Below are positions 1 to 12,526 of a stretch of 64,000 nt of DNA, piece by piece. The notes under the pieces are model-generated. The model was not told the DNA's origin. It made no database searches and was given only the letters and a program-made list of their open reading frames with translations. The DNA is from Octopus sinensis (Eukaryota). Within the stretch, counting starts at the first letter, position 1. Each line of letters begins with the position of its first letter. The stretch is taken from assembly GCF_006345805.1 (NCBI RefSeq), contig NC_043021.1, positions 10,726,001-10,790,000 on the forward strand, read 5' to 3'. The translations under genes and the position numbers were made by a program.

Positions 1-270
1 ACTTTTGCCTGGAATTGGGCAAAAAATGTGTCTTTTGATTACAGGATATAATTCTTTTATTGTTCTTCATCTTCAACTCAAATAGTTTTGATACATCATC
101 ATCATCCCATTTTGTACCTTACACATTAATCTAGGCAACAACTTCACCATGATGTCCAATTAAACCATAAGTATTTTAATGATTGCTTCAACTTGTCCTT
201 ATACCTAATAATAATAATAATAATAATGGTTGCTGGTTACTACTTTTAATTGTTGTTGTTGTTGTTACAG

Positions 271-506
271 ATCTTGACCTGGACAGCTCTGAAGACTCCT
301 CTACAGAAACTGAAGACACGGAAGATGCCAAGTCAACAACTTCCTGGGAAGACATGAGCAAGCTCGACCCAAACATGTTATTATACAAGGCAGCACAAGC
401 CCGTAACCTTCCAGTAATGGTCGAAGCTTTAGCACATGGTGGAAATTCAAATTGGATCAACGAAGAAGATGAAGGGAAGACACCGCTTATGAAGTCAGTG
501 GAAACG
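271..506 (+). CDS. ACAP2: ACAP/centaurin-beta ArfGAP, first coding exon in window: acidic linker + start of ankyrin region
   Basis: ttacag acceptor at 270, GTATGG donor at 507. Encodes DLDLDSSEDSS...LDPNMLLYKAAQARNLPVMVEALAHGGNSNWINEEDEGKTPLMKSVET, closely matching the ACAP2-type ankyrin region from memory. ACAP2 stands for the ACAP1/2/3 group; the paralogue cannot be resolved. Confidence 0.93.
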
Positions 507-761
507 GTATGGGGATGTCTTGCTTATTGGATTTTGTCCCAAGTCTCTTTTGACATCGCAGTTGTTTGTGTACGTGAGTGAATGAGAGAATAGGCTTAAT
601 CTTCAGGCAATAGAGCAGGTGGACTTAGGCACCCAGGTGTTGTCAGATAATTGTGGTTTGACTGTATGGCTACTTCGTCCTTGGATGCTGCTTCATTTAT
701 TTTATGTCAGTCTTTTTGCATGCTAACATGGGCATAGATGAATGCATATTACAAAGCTTTT

Positions 762-1315
762 ATTTTACTACCTCCACCTTAGCGAAGGCGGAGGTATTGT
801 TTTCAGTCATGTTTGTTTGTTTGTCCGTGGACAAGATATCTCAAGAACTGCTGGATGGATTCGGATGAAACTTTCAAGAATGTTTGGCCTTGTAGCTGGC
901 ACAAATTGATTAGATTTTGGGATTGATCCAGTACCGGATAAGGATTCTGGATTATTTCTTATATTTACTTTACTTTACATGATTATGATCTTATGTTAAC
1001 TTTCAAGTCTTTCTCAGTTTTCTTCCTCTAACTAGGCTGTAACTATTTTGAGAGGTGAATTTATTAACTTGGCTTGTATTAGATAAGGATAAACTATTTA
1101 TTTTCTACAGCCACTTTCACATTCCATGGCTATCATTGGGATTGATCAGACACCAGACAGGGACTCTGGATTATTATTCCTGTTTTTTTTACTTAGTTTT
1201 TGAGAGTGGTTGGGTTTGTTTTTAGTATTCTCATTTGTGAGAGCAGTCGAGTTTATTTCAGATATTCTCATTTTAAAAATCATCTCTGGCTAATCATTGA
1301 GAGGATGTTGGTGAT
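762..1315 (+). mobile_element. Possible Helentron-associated (HINE/DINE-like) non-autonomous element
   Basis: Starts with a hairpin tacctccacc (769-778) / ggcggaggta (787-796), then (GTTT)n. Has an internal repeat gggattgatc...tctggattat at about 919 and 1138. Confidence 0.4.
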
Positions 1316-1556
1316 GTGATGATAAGCCAGGTAGAATCTTTTGCACGTCAGGCAAAATGCTTGGCAGCATTTTGTCTGTCCTTACGTTCTGAGTTCAAAT
1401 TCTGCCACGGTTAACTTTGCTTTTCATATTTTTGAAGTTGATAAAATAAATGCCAGTTGAGTTCCACGGTTGACATAATTGACTTCGCTGAACTTGCTGA
1501 CCTTGTTCTAAGATTTGAAACCAATATTGTTTAATTTCAATAATTTTGTGTTTCAG

Positions 1557-1666
1557 GGTTCTTTAGCTGCCTGCGAGTTTCTCCTGCTCAACGGTGCTAA
1601 GTTGGATCGACGGGACCAGAAGGGAAGAACTCCCTTACATCACGCTACGATACATGGCTACACTGG
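1557..1666 (+). CDS. ACAP2: ACAP exon, ankyrin repeat
   Basis: tttcag|GGT...GG|gtaagt, 110 nt, phase 0 to 2. GSLAACEFLLLNGAKLDRRDQKGRTPLHHATIHGYTG. Confidence 0.95.
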
Positions 1667-2447
1667 GTAAGTGGAAGTGACCGAGTTGTTTGGTCAGTAC
1701 AGATGATACAGTACACAATTGATTGTGAGGTTTGAGCGACTAAAATATGGTCAAAGTTAAGTGTGTGATTGTGATAGGATCAGTTAAAACTAGGATCTAA
1801 ATCAGATAGGAGTCAACTCAGCTAATGTCTCTGATTAACGGTCCGATACGAGATGGTGTTTTTGTCTAATTGAAAACATCATAATTAGTAGATAAATAAG
1901 GTGGCAAGCTGGCGGAATTGTTAGCATGCCAGGCAAAATGCTAAGCAGCATTTCGTCCGTCTTTATGTTCTGAGTTCAAATTCTGCTGAGGTTGACTTTG
2001 CCTCTCATCCCTTTGGGGTTGATAAAATAAGCACCAATTGTGTATTGGGGTCGATGTAATTGGCTTATCTCTTTCCTTGAAATTGTGCTAGAATTTGAAA
2101 CCATTATTAGATGAAGAACACATTTGTTATGCTCAGTAGAAGCAGTATTAATTTGAAATAGCCATCAGTGTATCATATTTAATGTAATCACATCATTGAA
2201 AGGCAAGTGATCACAGTATTCATCCAGACATAACAACTCTTATAGATTCAGAGGAAGAGGAAAACCACTCCCACTAGCCACAAACTTATAATTTTTGTTT
2301 CCTTCTGATATAAATTATGTTTTTAAACGCAGCATGTCCATAAGAGATGTTATCTCTGAATAAATATTGCAGTAACTTGCCTGTCAATGATGTATTTCTT
2401 GTGTTTTTATCTCAGTAAATAACTGATATTTGTGTTGTATCTTGCAG

Positions 2448-2508
2448 GCAAGTATGCCAGTTTTTGAAACGTGGTGCAGATCGACATGCCAAAGATAATG
2501 AAGGCAAG
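2448..2508 (+). CDS. ACAP2: ACAP exon, ankyrin repeat
   Basis: ttgcag|G...AAG|gtgagt, 61 nt, phase 2 to 0. QVCQFLKRGADRHAKDNEGK. Confidence 0.95.
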
Positions 2509-3450
2509 GTGAGTCTGTTATTACTTATCTATCTGACATCATCAATGTTAACGATATTTTACTTCTACCAAAGTATTTGAGTGGTCAGCTCTTTGTTGAC
2601 TTCATCAGTAATCGAGTGAATTGTATTCATGTTGGTGCTGTGATTTCTGCCAGAGATTTGATTGGTCAGTTTTTGTTTGCTGACATCATCAGTCTCTAAG
2701 TCCTGTTTAATGTCTTTACATTCAAACACAGTGATCTGATTTGATTTCTAAGCAGTGAGTTGGTGTTTGAAACTCTGCCAGATATTCCCTCAACAGATTA
2801 AGTTAGTTTGAAGTATTATTATCTTATAAACAGTAGCTGATTTCAGATATTAAGTTTTTCTAATTTGAATCTTCAAATTGATAAAACTAAATGGGCATGG
2901 CTGTGTGGTTAGGGAGCTTGCTTCCTAGCTACATGGTTTCGGGTTCAGTCCCACTGCGTGGCACTTTGGGTAGGTGTCTTCCACTATAGCCCCGAGCCGA
3001 CCGAAGCTTTGTGATTAAATTCGGCAGGCAGAAGTTACTATACGTGCGTGTAGGTGCTTGTGCCTCTCCGAAAGAGAGAGAGGGAAATGTAGAGGCTTCT
3101 TCAAAGAAGATAAATGAAGCAAGCATTATTTGCCAAATGTGTAATGTCAGTGTGCATGAATGACAAAAGTACAGATGAGTTGAGAAAATAATTTGGCAAC
3201 AGAGAAATATGTGTAAGGGGGAAGACTCTGCTGGTACTGATACATGACACCTGAAGTGTCTAATGGTTTAAATGGAATGGGAGAATCTGCAGAAGGGAAA
3301 GACTGAGGCAAAAGTGGTATAGTGTGATCCTTTTGGGTGCTGGACCTTATAAAGATTATCATCATAGCCATGTTAGTTTGGTAAAACAGGTGATGTTGAT
3401 AATGACTAGAATGAGGAAAGAAGAGATGTTTGCATAAACTTAGCTATAAT

Positions 3451-3681
3451 GATGGAAAACTGGCAGAAATGTTAGCACGCTGGGCGAAATGCTTAGCGAT
3501 ATTTCGTCTGCCTTTACGTTCTGAGTTCAAATTCCACTGAGGTCGACTTTGCCTTTCATCCTTTCGGGGTTGATAAATTAAGTACCAGTTACGCACTGGG
3601 GGTGGATGTAATCGACTTAATCCCTTTGTCCTTGTTTGTCCCCTCTATGTTTAGCCCCTTGTGGGCAATAAAGAAATAATT
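3451..3681 (+). mobile_element. tRNA-derived SINE, family A, with TSD
   Basis: A-box-like tggcagaa, B-box gagttcaaattcc, core gcctttcatcctttcggggt. 14-bp TSD aacttagctataat at 3437-50 and 3682-95. Other copies lie near 1330, 1900, 17655, 51800, 58335, and on - near 59500, 61850-62225 and 62950-63290. Confidence 0.85.
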
Positions 3682-3767
3682 AACTTAGCTATAATCTGTT
3701 ATGGTTTGGTTGAAATCTTGTTTGTACCATTCTCATTGTTTAAGATGTTGTTGTTGTTGTTTTTCAG

Positions 3768-3817
3768 GATGCTGAAACAATTGCTATCGAAGCCACCAAT
3801 GCCGACATAGTCACACT
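3768..3817 (+). CDS. ACAP2: ACAP exon
   Basis: tttcag|GAT...CT|gtacgt, 50 nt, phase 0 to 2. DAETIAIEATNADIVTL. Confidence 0.93.
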
Positions 3818-3984
3818 GTACGTATAAAAGCCTCAAATTAGATTTTAACATTTTTAAAATTGTCTTTGTTGTTTTTTTTGATATGATTGAACTGTTCTCA
3901 TTATTGCAATGCATCGTCTTTTGATCTTGAGCAATTCACTTCACTTTGCTTTCACATGGACTGGTTGGGATAAAAGACTGTTAA

Positions 3985-4204
3985 CCCTTTCGTTACCAAC
4001 CCGGCTGAAACCGCCTCTGGCTCTGTAGCATAAATGTCTTGTTTTCATAAATTCTGAATTAAAATCTTCCACCAAACCTTAGTCACAATTTAGGTTCCTA
4101 ACACAAGCTTAATGATAACTAAGTTATTTTACTAAATTCTTTGTTATTTTTAAAATTAATTGCCTGAAACAGAGCATCTCAAAATAAATACAGTAACAAA
4201 AGAG
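3985..4204. mobile_element. TTAA-flanked MITE (piggyBac-type)
   Basis: TTAA at 3981-84 and 4205-08. Imperfect TIRs ccctttcgttac / gtaacaaaagag. Confidence 0.65.
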
Positions 4205-5042
4205 TTAACTAATTTCTTCAGACTCTTTTAGTTCTTCTAAATTACCATATTTTAACATGTATATGGAATCCCTTAATTTTGGGGCTTAAAATTTGGAAAG
4301 TCGGTTTTGTAAGGGATTATAATACTGTTCATGTATAAGAAACTCCATATTTTTTAACCTAAATTTTGACAAAAAAGGGTTCCTTATACACGTTAGAATA
4401 TGGTAATTAGGGTTAAAACTGATTTTTTGATGAAAATCTTGAAGGGTTTGTCTTTAGGTGTAGGCATGGCTATGTGGTAAGAAGCTTGCTTACCAACCAC
4501 ATGATTTTGAGTTCAGTCCCACAGCATAGCATCTGGAAACTTTTTCAATAAAGTGGACACACTGTGATACTCCAGTTATTATTTAACCCCAGGTCAATCT
4601 GGATCGAGCAGACCTGCAATAAAATGATATTCTTAAAGTAACCATAGATACAGACAAGGCTGTGAAGTTAAGAAGTTTGCTTTCCAATCACGTAGAGTAT
4701 ATGAAACGACCACGTAGGGGTCACCTCATTGACTACAATTTTTTCCACTTGTGGCCCTTTTTTTTTTTTTTTCTTTCTTATCTGAACCATTAACCACATG
4801 ATTAGCAGTTTCAAACCTGGCTGGATACTGTGTGTCGTATAGCTAGCTACTCCGTCTGGCTATGTTACTTAAGGGAGGTAACTCACATGTAAAGATGCAT
4901 ACATTGTGTGTAATTTTTTTTAAAACACACGCACTACATATGTGCATGTATGTTTGTGCATGCCTATATATATTTATATATATACACAAACACGGTCATG
5001 CACGTATATACATTTAACCATGCACACACACACACAAATATT

Positions 5043-5080
<38 letters not shown>

Positions 5081-5662
5081 AATTTATGGAAGGGCGATAT
5101 AATGTAAATTATTTGATTAAATCAACCGTAATTTTTTTTAAAAAGCAACAATTGAAAATAAAAGCTACAGACATCTTAAATATTGTCTGTAAAAGCAAAA
5201 ACCTTTGTTTCAATGGACCTCTTATTATTCTTCTGTGCACACTGAACAAAGTACTACGGCCTTGATTTACTTAACAGTCCACACTTCACTATGTTCCATA
5301 ATTTACTATACTGGATCACCATTTACATATTTCTGTATGCAGGTTTCTCTTAGTTTACTGTCTGTGTCTGCAATTTTATTTTTCTTTGTGTATACATACA
5401 TGTGAGAGTATAGCTGTAAAATATATATATATATACATATGTGTGTGTGTGTCTGTATATATTTATATATGTGTGTCTATATATTTATATATGTGTGTGT
5501 GTGTGTATATATATATGTATATTTAGGTAAGCTGAGTTAGCGGTTGGAATAACTGTCTAAGGGATAAGAATGTCCGTTCTTACTACCAGTACAAAATGTT
5601 ATGTAATGTTATGTTTTGTATTGTTTGTTTGTTTGTTGATCTAAAGTTCTTTCCATTTTCTG

Positions 5663-5708
<46 letters not shown>

Positions 5709-6306
5709 TAAAAAAAAAAGAGATCTCAGAAAGAAGCATACCCTAAAAAATAGTGCAGTAATTATTACAAGAAAATTTTATATAGAGTTACTGAAGGTTT
5801 CGCATCCACAAAGCCAAAGCCTTGTAGATAGCTCGTCAGATTCTATATGTTTACAAAATTAAAAATATCTGTCACAGACGTGAGGAAACATTCGGAACTC
5901 GAGGAATACGAAAATATGTATTCATTAATGGGTTTTGTTTTTTTTTGTATTCCTCGAATTCTGAGTGTTTCCTCACATCTGTGATGTAGATATTTAAAAC
6001 TTTTGCATTCATATAGAGTCTGACAAGCTGTCCACAAGGTTTTAGGTTTGTGGGTGCAAAACGTTGGGTAACTCTATATAAAATTTTGTTGTAATTACAT
6101 ACATGCATGCATGCATACATACATACAACATACATACATCATATTTACATACATACATACACACATTCATTCATTGTGTATTTTGTTGTTTATTCATATT
6201 TTCCTGTTTGCTTATACTTTGGTATATAGATATATTGTTGCAACATACAAATATTCAAGGGATAAATATTATGTGCGTGCACGCACACACACACACACAC
6301 ACACAC

Positions 6307-7020
6307 ACGAGGGTCATCTGAAATGTTCATAGGCTGATCAAGATATTCACATGGAATGTAACCAAATGAGGTTTATTTTCCAACATAGTCCCCCCCCCTC
6401 CCCTTGCAGTTCACACACTTCTTCCATTGGAGTTGCAGTGCTCCAATCCTGTTGGTGAAGCTTTCAACCTGTCACTCAAAAATTTAAACAACAGTAGATG
6501 TGACATCATCATCATCATCATCATTGCAATACTCGTTTCCAGCAAAGTGGGGTTGTTTTTTTTTCATGTTGCAGAACTGATTATAGTCAAATCAAGCGAA
6601 TAGAGATGGTGATCAACCTGTTCAAAGCCCCAATCACACACAGGAGCCATCGAAACAAAAGACTCGCGTGCTGGAGCATTGTCCTGATAAAACGAGACCC
6701 CTTTCGTCAGTTTTCCTGGGTGTTTGTTCCTGATTGCTTTTTGTAACTGCCTCAGCAAATTGGTATAGTACTCCCCATTGATGGTGTGGCCCTTTTGAAG
6801 ATAGTCAATAAACACAGTGCTTTTTGCATCCCCAAAAACAGGCCATCACCTTCCCTGCAGATGAAACTATCTTGGCCTTCTTTGGAGCAGGTGAAGCCGG
6901 GTGTTTCCACAGCATGGACTGTCTCTTTGTCTCTGGCTCAGAGATGATGAAGCCAATACTCATTCTGGGTTTGGACACATTCAAGGTAACCAGCTGGATC
7001 TGCCCCAAATAATGTCAGAT
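6307..7020 (-). mobile_element. Mariner transposon remnant (3' half + one TIR) in an ACAP intron
   Basis: EPETKRQSMLWKHPASPAPKKAK...AGKVMA...DYLQKGHTINGEYY..LL...YQDNAPA...HHLYSLDL. TIR-like acgagggtcatctgaaa at 6307. Confidence 0.85.
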
Positions 7021-7268
7021 TTTCCCCATTATGTGGTCAGCCAGATCAGCCAGGACAAATCTTATTCCTACTAGAATCTATGTGGGTTGTGGGTTACTTA
7101 CTTCTAAACTTAGATATCCACATGATTTCCATAAGCCCTTAAATACACTTCTGATAAACTTCCCTGTTACTAAGAGGCAAACCTTCTCTTGATTCAACAT
7201 TATCATCATCGTTGTCGTTGTTGGTGAAGTTGTTATTGTTTCGATAATATTTTGTTTTTAAATTTCAG

Positions 7269-7309
7269 ATTGAGATTAGCCCGATTGAACGAAGAAATGA
7301 GTACGGACG
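7269..7309 (+). CDS. ACAP2: ACAP exon (donor may instead follow 7315)
   Basis: tttcag|A TTG AGA...GAC G|gtatgt, phase 2 to 1. LRLARLNEEMSTD. A second in-phase donor GTGAGT lies at 7316. Confidence 0.9.
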
Positions 7310-10088
7310 GTATGTGTGAGTTAACATTTCTCTTTTTTCTGCATGGATTTGCGCAGAAAACTCTCCCCGCCCCAATTCTCCAATTATATAGTTTGTGTGT
7401 TTGTGTGTGTGTGTGCACGTGCATGTGTTTTGGTTGGAGTGTAGCAACACAACTCTCCAAACGGCAATCAAGTGGCAGAAATTTAATTCCAATGGAACAT
7501 TATTTGTAATTCTTTACGTGCCTATCCTCATTTATTGTCATGAACGTTGGATAATGACCGACAGAATATGAGTGTGGCCAGAAGTGGCTGAAGCAGGGTT
7601 TCTCCAAAGGATCTCTGGAGTAATGTTAATCGACAGGGAGAGACTCCTTGATCTCTGTTGAGATAAGGGAGTCCCCCTCCCTCAACCCCACCCCACCTAG
7701 TCAAGCCACTACCTGTCTGCATTGAGAGGTCACAGCTCTGGTACTACAGACATGTGATCAGAAGGTAATTCTCACAAGACAGATTCTTCAAGCTAAGTCT
7801 GTCATGCAACAGAATTAAGGTTGGACCAAGAAGAAAAATATTTGAATGATATTCATAATCTCCGTGGGTCATGTTTGGGAATCCAGCTGGGGAATCTCCT
7901 AAATTTATCTGTCCACTTTTGCACTGTTAATAAAGCTGGAGCATCACCCCCTAATGTAGCAAGCATGTCAGCATGATTGTCCTTCGGGAATTAAAACCAT
8001 TTTTTTGCAGGTACTTGATAACACCATGGTGCCAAATTTTGTTCATTTTCAAGAATATTTGCTACTACTTACTTCTGAAGTCTTCTTTGTGGAGGCACAT
8101 GGCCTCGTGGTTAGAGCAGCGGACTTGCGGTCGAGGGATCGTGGGTTCGAATCTCAGACTGGGCGATGTATGTGTTTATGAGCGAAACACCTAAGCTCCA
8201 CGCGGTGAACTTCTGCTGACTCTTTCTCTCGCTCTTTCCTCCTGCATCTTGCAGCTCACCTGCGACGGACCAGCGTCCTGTCCAGGTGGGGAACCTATAG
8301 ACCAAGGAAACCGGGAAACCGGCCCTTATGAGCCAGGCGTGGCTCAAGAAGGAACAAAACAAAGTCTTCTTTGAACATTGAGATGTCAGTTTACCGGGAA
8401 AGGTAAACACAGGACCTGTCAGAAGGACTTTCTGATAGGTCCCTACAGACGAGGCATTTGTGGACTCTTCTGCCACTGCTATCTCAGGAATGGTGGGCAG
8501 AGAAGATGAACGGATACAAAGGAATCCCTCATATTATGGAAGCAATGCAATTTTGGAAATTTTGCTGTGACCAGAAATCCTGTGATGTGAAACTAATTTT
8601 CCTTTTGATTTTTCATGTTATAAAATAAGATGTGTTCTGACAGATTTTGTGCCCCCCTCCACCCTGCAAAATAGTAATTATAACAAAAAGCAAGTAGCAT
8701 GACTGTTTTTATGCATGAAAATAACAGTTTCTAAATGTACTCATCATGACATGTTGACATAGTCACTGATTTGTGTGGCTGTGTGGTAAGAAACTTGCTT
8801 CCCAACCACATGGTTCTGGGTTCAGTCCCACTGTGTGGCACCTTGAGCAAATGTCTTCTATTATAGCCTTGGGCTGACCAGTGCCTTGTGAGTGGATCTG
8901 GTGGGCAGGAGCTAGGGGAGGGGGACACATGTTTTGTATATCACAGGATCACGTGACTGACCAGGCTATCAAATGTTACACATCGCTGGTCACAGTGCGT
9001 TTTGCATTGTTTTAGCCTTCTAATAACGCCACCCCACAGACTAGGTGAGCAGGCCAACATCACCCCCCCCCCTGAATCGAAAAGGGGACTAGAACAATGT
9101 GAAATGACATCTGCTGTGCTTGTGTAAACCTGCCAAACCAAGCAAGACCGGCCAATGCTGGTGTCAAGTCAATGGCACCTGTGCCGGTGGTGGGGACATA
9201 ACACTTACTACACTCTTGGAGTGGTTGACATTCGGAAGGGCATCCAGCCACAGCAACCCTGCCAAATCAGATCAGAACTGTCCAACTCATGCCATCATGG
9301 AAAACGGACGTTAAATGATGATGATTATATCACATGCTTATATATATATATATGTGATGTATATTTTCCACTTAAATGTGACCAACCACCAAGGGTGGGT
9401 GCTACTGTAGCTTGTAGCCCCAGGAGAACATTTCTCTAGCTGGCTATTGACACACTTTCTGTACCCTGTCAGTATTTGCAAAGGGAAGCCATCCTTCCCA
9501 TCGTCGACCTGACGTGATACGCACGGACCCGGGTTTCTGGATGTTTACCCATCGTCAGAGAGGAATATTTTATAAATCAACTGATGTCAGTCAAAATAAA
9601 TTGTTGGCTTTATCTGGGGGATTTTTTTAACAAAAATTATATGTTATATTATAAATAAATTGTTAGTTTGTCAATTGTATTTATCTATTTCATTTGATAT
9701 TTGTATTATATATATATACATACACACACACACACACACATATATAAGGTGTCCATAAATTATCTTTACAACTTCCAAACTTTTAATCTCAATATTGTAA
9801 GTACCTTTATGGACACCATGTGTATGTATGTATATATATATATAAGGTGGTGCATGAAAAAGTTGCTCAGGTTCTGTAGCATAATGTAAACACAGAAATG
9901 AATGTACACACATGAAGAATCAAGTGTGTGTTATTTCAGCTGCTTGTAACTGCTGAACAAAGAAGGTGCTGCACTGGTCAAGTGTTTGTTTCATTACCCT
10001 CACTGTATTCATCACCAAATTTGTTGATTCTAAAATTGCATTGCTTCAACATTTCTTTTATGCAAGATGGCATTACTCAAGAGTGGGG

Positions 10089-10650
10089 AAGGCGGCGAGC
10101 TGGCAGAAACCTAACAGTATTTCGTCTGCCGCTTTGTTCTGAGTTCAAATTCTGCCGAGGTCGACTTTGCCTTTCATCCTTTCGGGGTCAATAAATTAAG
10201 TACCAGTTATGCACTGGGGTCAATGTAATCGACTTAATCCGTTTGCCTGTCCCCTCTGTGTTTAGCCCCTAGTAAAGAAATAGGTATTTTGTCAGTCTTT
10301 ACTTTGAGTTCAAATTCCGCCGAGGTCGACTTTGCCTTTGATCCTTTATAGGTCGATTAAATAAGTACCAGTTACGCACTAGGGTCAATGTAAATGACTT
10401 AATCCATTTGTCTGTTCTTGTTTGTCCCTTCTGTGTTTAGCCCCTTGTGGGTAGTAAAGAAATAGGTATTTTGTCTGTCTTTACTTTCTGAGTTCAAATT
10501 CTGCCGAGGTCGACTTTGCCTTTCATCCTTTCAGGGTCGATTAAATAAGTACCAGTTACGCACTGGGGTCGATATAATCGACTTAATCCGTTTGTCTGTC
10601 CTTGTTTGTCCCCTCTATCTTTAGCCCTTTGTGGGCAATAAAGAAATAAG
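10089..10650 (+). repeat. Three head-to-tail family A SINE copies
   Basis: gagttcaaatt...gtcgactttgcctt occurs at about 10140, 10307 and 10490. Confidence 0.85.
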
Positions 10651-10799
10651 ACTGGAGATTGTGAAAGTGTATGCGAGAATGATGAAGTGAAGTTTTCGAG
10701 TAAAACTCGGCGGGCAAAAGCGAACAGTGCAAATGTTGGTTGTGAAGTGGCACACTATACAAGACCAATGCCCACTGTCCCAAAACAAGGAAATCCTAT

Positions 10800-10970
10800 T
10801 GTTTGAATGATGGAAATTATTCAGGCATTCACGAAAGGACTATTGGAAGTTCAAAGAGGCCCAACACATAAATTGGGTCAGCAGCCTCACACGAGCAGGA
10901 GATCATGCCAGTGGCGGTTGAAAAGTCTAAAGTTGAAGCCATATCATTTTACACGTGCACGGCAATGTGC
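10800..10970 (+). mobile_element. Possible degenerate Tc1/mariner N-terminal fragment
   Basis: EIIQAF...THKLGQQPHTSRRSCQWRLKSLKLKPYHF resembles the HTH + LKPY motif. Weak. Confidence 0.4.
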
Positions 10971-11420
10971 ACAGCTGCGTATTGGTGCCACAGGGAACCA
11001 TTTTCAAGGTCTGTAATGATGTAATGATGTGTCCTTTCCAGCACTTGGAAACTCATTTCTGTATTAACCCCTATGCTATGGAACCTAGGCTATTTTTTTT
11101 CGTGCACCACCCTGTGTAATACACATAGTCAGGCAGTCTGTGTTTGTCTACTCTTCTGTTTCCCTGTATATTGCTGTTCTTGATTCTCACTCTCTTTCTC
11201 TCTCTCTCCTCTCTTTCTCTTTCTCCCTCTCTTTTTTTCTCGCTCCCTCTTTCCTTTCCCTCTTTTTTCTCTCTCTCTTTCTCCCTCTCTTTTCTCTCTC
11301 CTTCTTTCTCTTACTCTCTCTCTCTCTGTTCATGTTTTACAATTAATGCCCATGTGTCATATTGTGTCACATTGTGTCCCCCTGCTGGAACAACCTCTGA
11401 CCTTTCACTTCTCTTTGCAG

Positions 11421-11500
11421 GTGATGAAATGTACAATGATGTGTTCCGAGACTTCAGTAACATGGCCTCACACAATCCAGAAAAGTTGAAACGGAAATAG
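11421..11500 (+). CDS. ACAP2: ACAP terminal coding exon
   Basis: ctttgcag acceptor, phase 1. (G)DEMYNDVFRDFSNMASHNPEKLKRK*, matching the conserved ACAP C-terminal motif. TAG ends at 11500. Confidence 0.95.
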
Positions 11501-11544
11501 CGAACTGTTTGTTCCACTTTGCTCCAAGACAGGCATGCAGTGAC

Positions 11545-11661
11545 CACATATATATATATACATATATATATATAATGTGTGTATAAATATATGTATATGT
11601 ATATTTAGTGTGTGTATAAATATGTATATGTATATATAATGTGTATATAAATATATATATG

Positions 11662-11692
<31 letters not shown>

Positions 11693-11763
11693 ATAACGTG
11701 TGTATATGTATATATACACACATACATGCACACACAGAGGCAAACAAATACATACAGAATGTG

Positions 11764-11795
<32 letters not shown>

Positions 11796-11960
11796 CATAC
11801 ATACGCCCATATATGTACATATGTTTCTGTGTGTGTGTATATATATATATATTATATATATATATACATACACGCACACATACACATGCATATGTGTATA
11901 TGATATATATGTTAATGTATGTGTATGTAGTATAAATATATGTGCGTGTGTATATATGTA
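11545..11960. repeat. (TA/TG)n compound microsatellite just 3' of the ACAP stop
   Basis: Directly visible. Confidence 0.95.
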
Positions 11961-12526
11961 ATAATACAGAATAATAATTATAATAAACGTTCCTTTATAT
12001 ATTCCCCTCCCTTTTTAATTGAAACCTGAGACTTAGATAAAGAAAGGAACACACACAAAAATTTTTTTTTCCTTACTAGAAAACCGAAAAACTCAATCCT
12101 TTCTTGGCAAAAATCTACTCATTTCTCTTCCTTCCTCTCGTCCATGATGGAAAAAAAAAGTTACGGAAAAAACCCCGCCAAAAACCCAGAAATATCCGAA
12201 CAAATATTGTTTGGAGTTGCTTCCCTTTATCATGAAAATGCATTTTTGATTTAAGTTTATATCACCTTTTTTTTTATGAATTACGAAATTCTTTTCCCTT
12301 TGTTTTTTTTTTTGTTTTAAATCCTCATCTCTTATAAAATCGACACTGACATGATTTTAATATTCATGAAGGGTTCAGTGTTCCCTTTTCATCAAGGGAG
12401 AGGAAATTCACCAACCATCTACTAATCAACTACTTTCCCCTCTGCCACAAAATTTATGGCCATGTGCCTATGTTAAATCGTTATTATTTATTATTAAATT
12501 ATTATTATTATTATTTTTTTTTTTTT

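Noticed and set aside
7868-7895. atg ttt ggg aat cca g (MFGNP) as the missing ACAP microexon
   Set aside because: No AG acceptor before it and no GT/GC donor at the required position; probably chance.
9748-9817. 70-bp element with 12-bp inverted ends ggtgtccataaa / tttatggacacc
   Set aside because: Probably a collapsed Tc1/mariner MITE, but there is no clear TA duplication on the right, so it is too weak to call.
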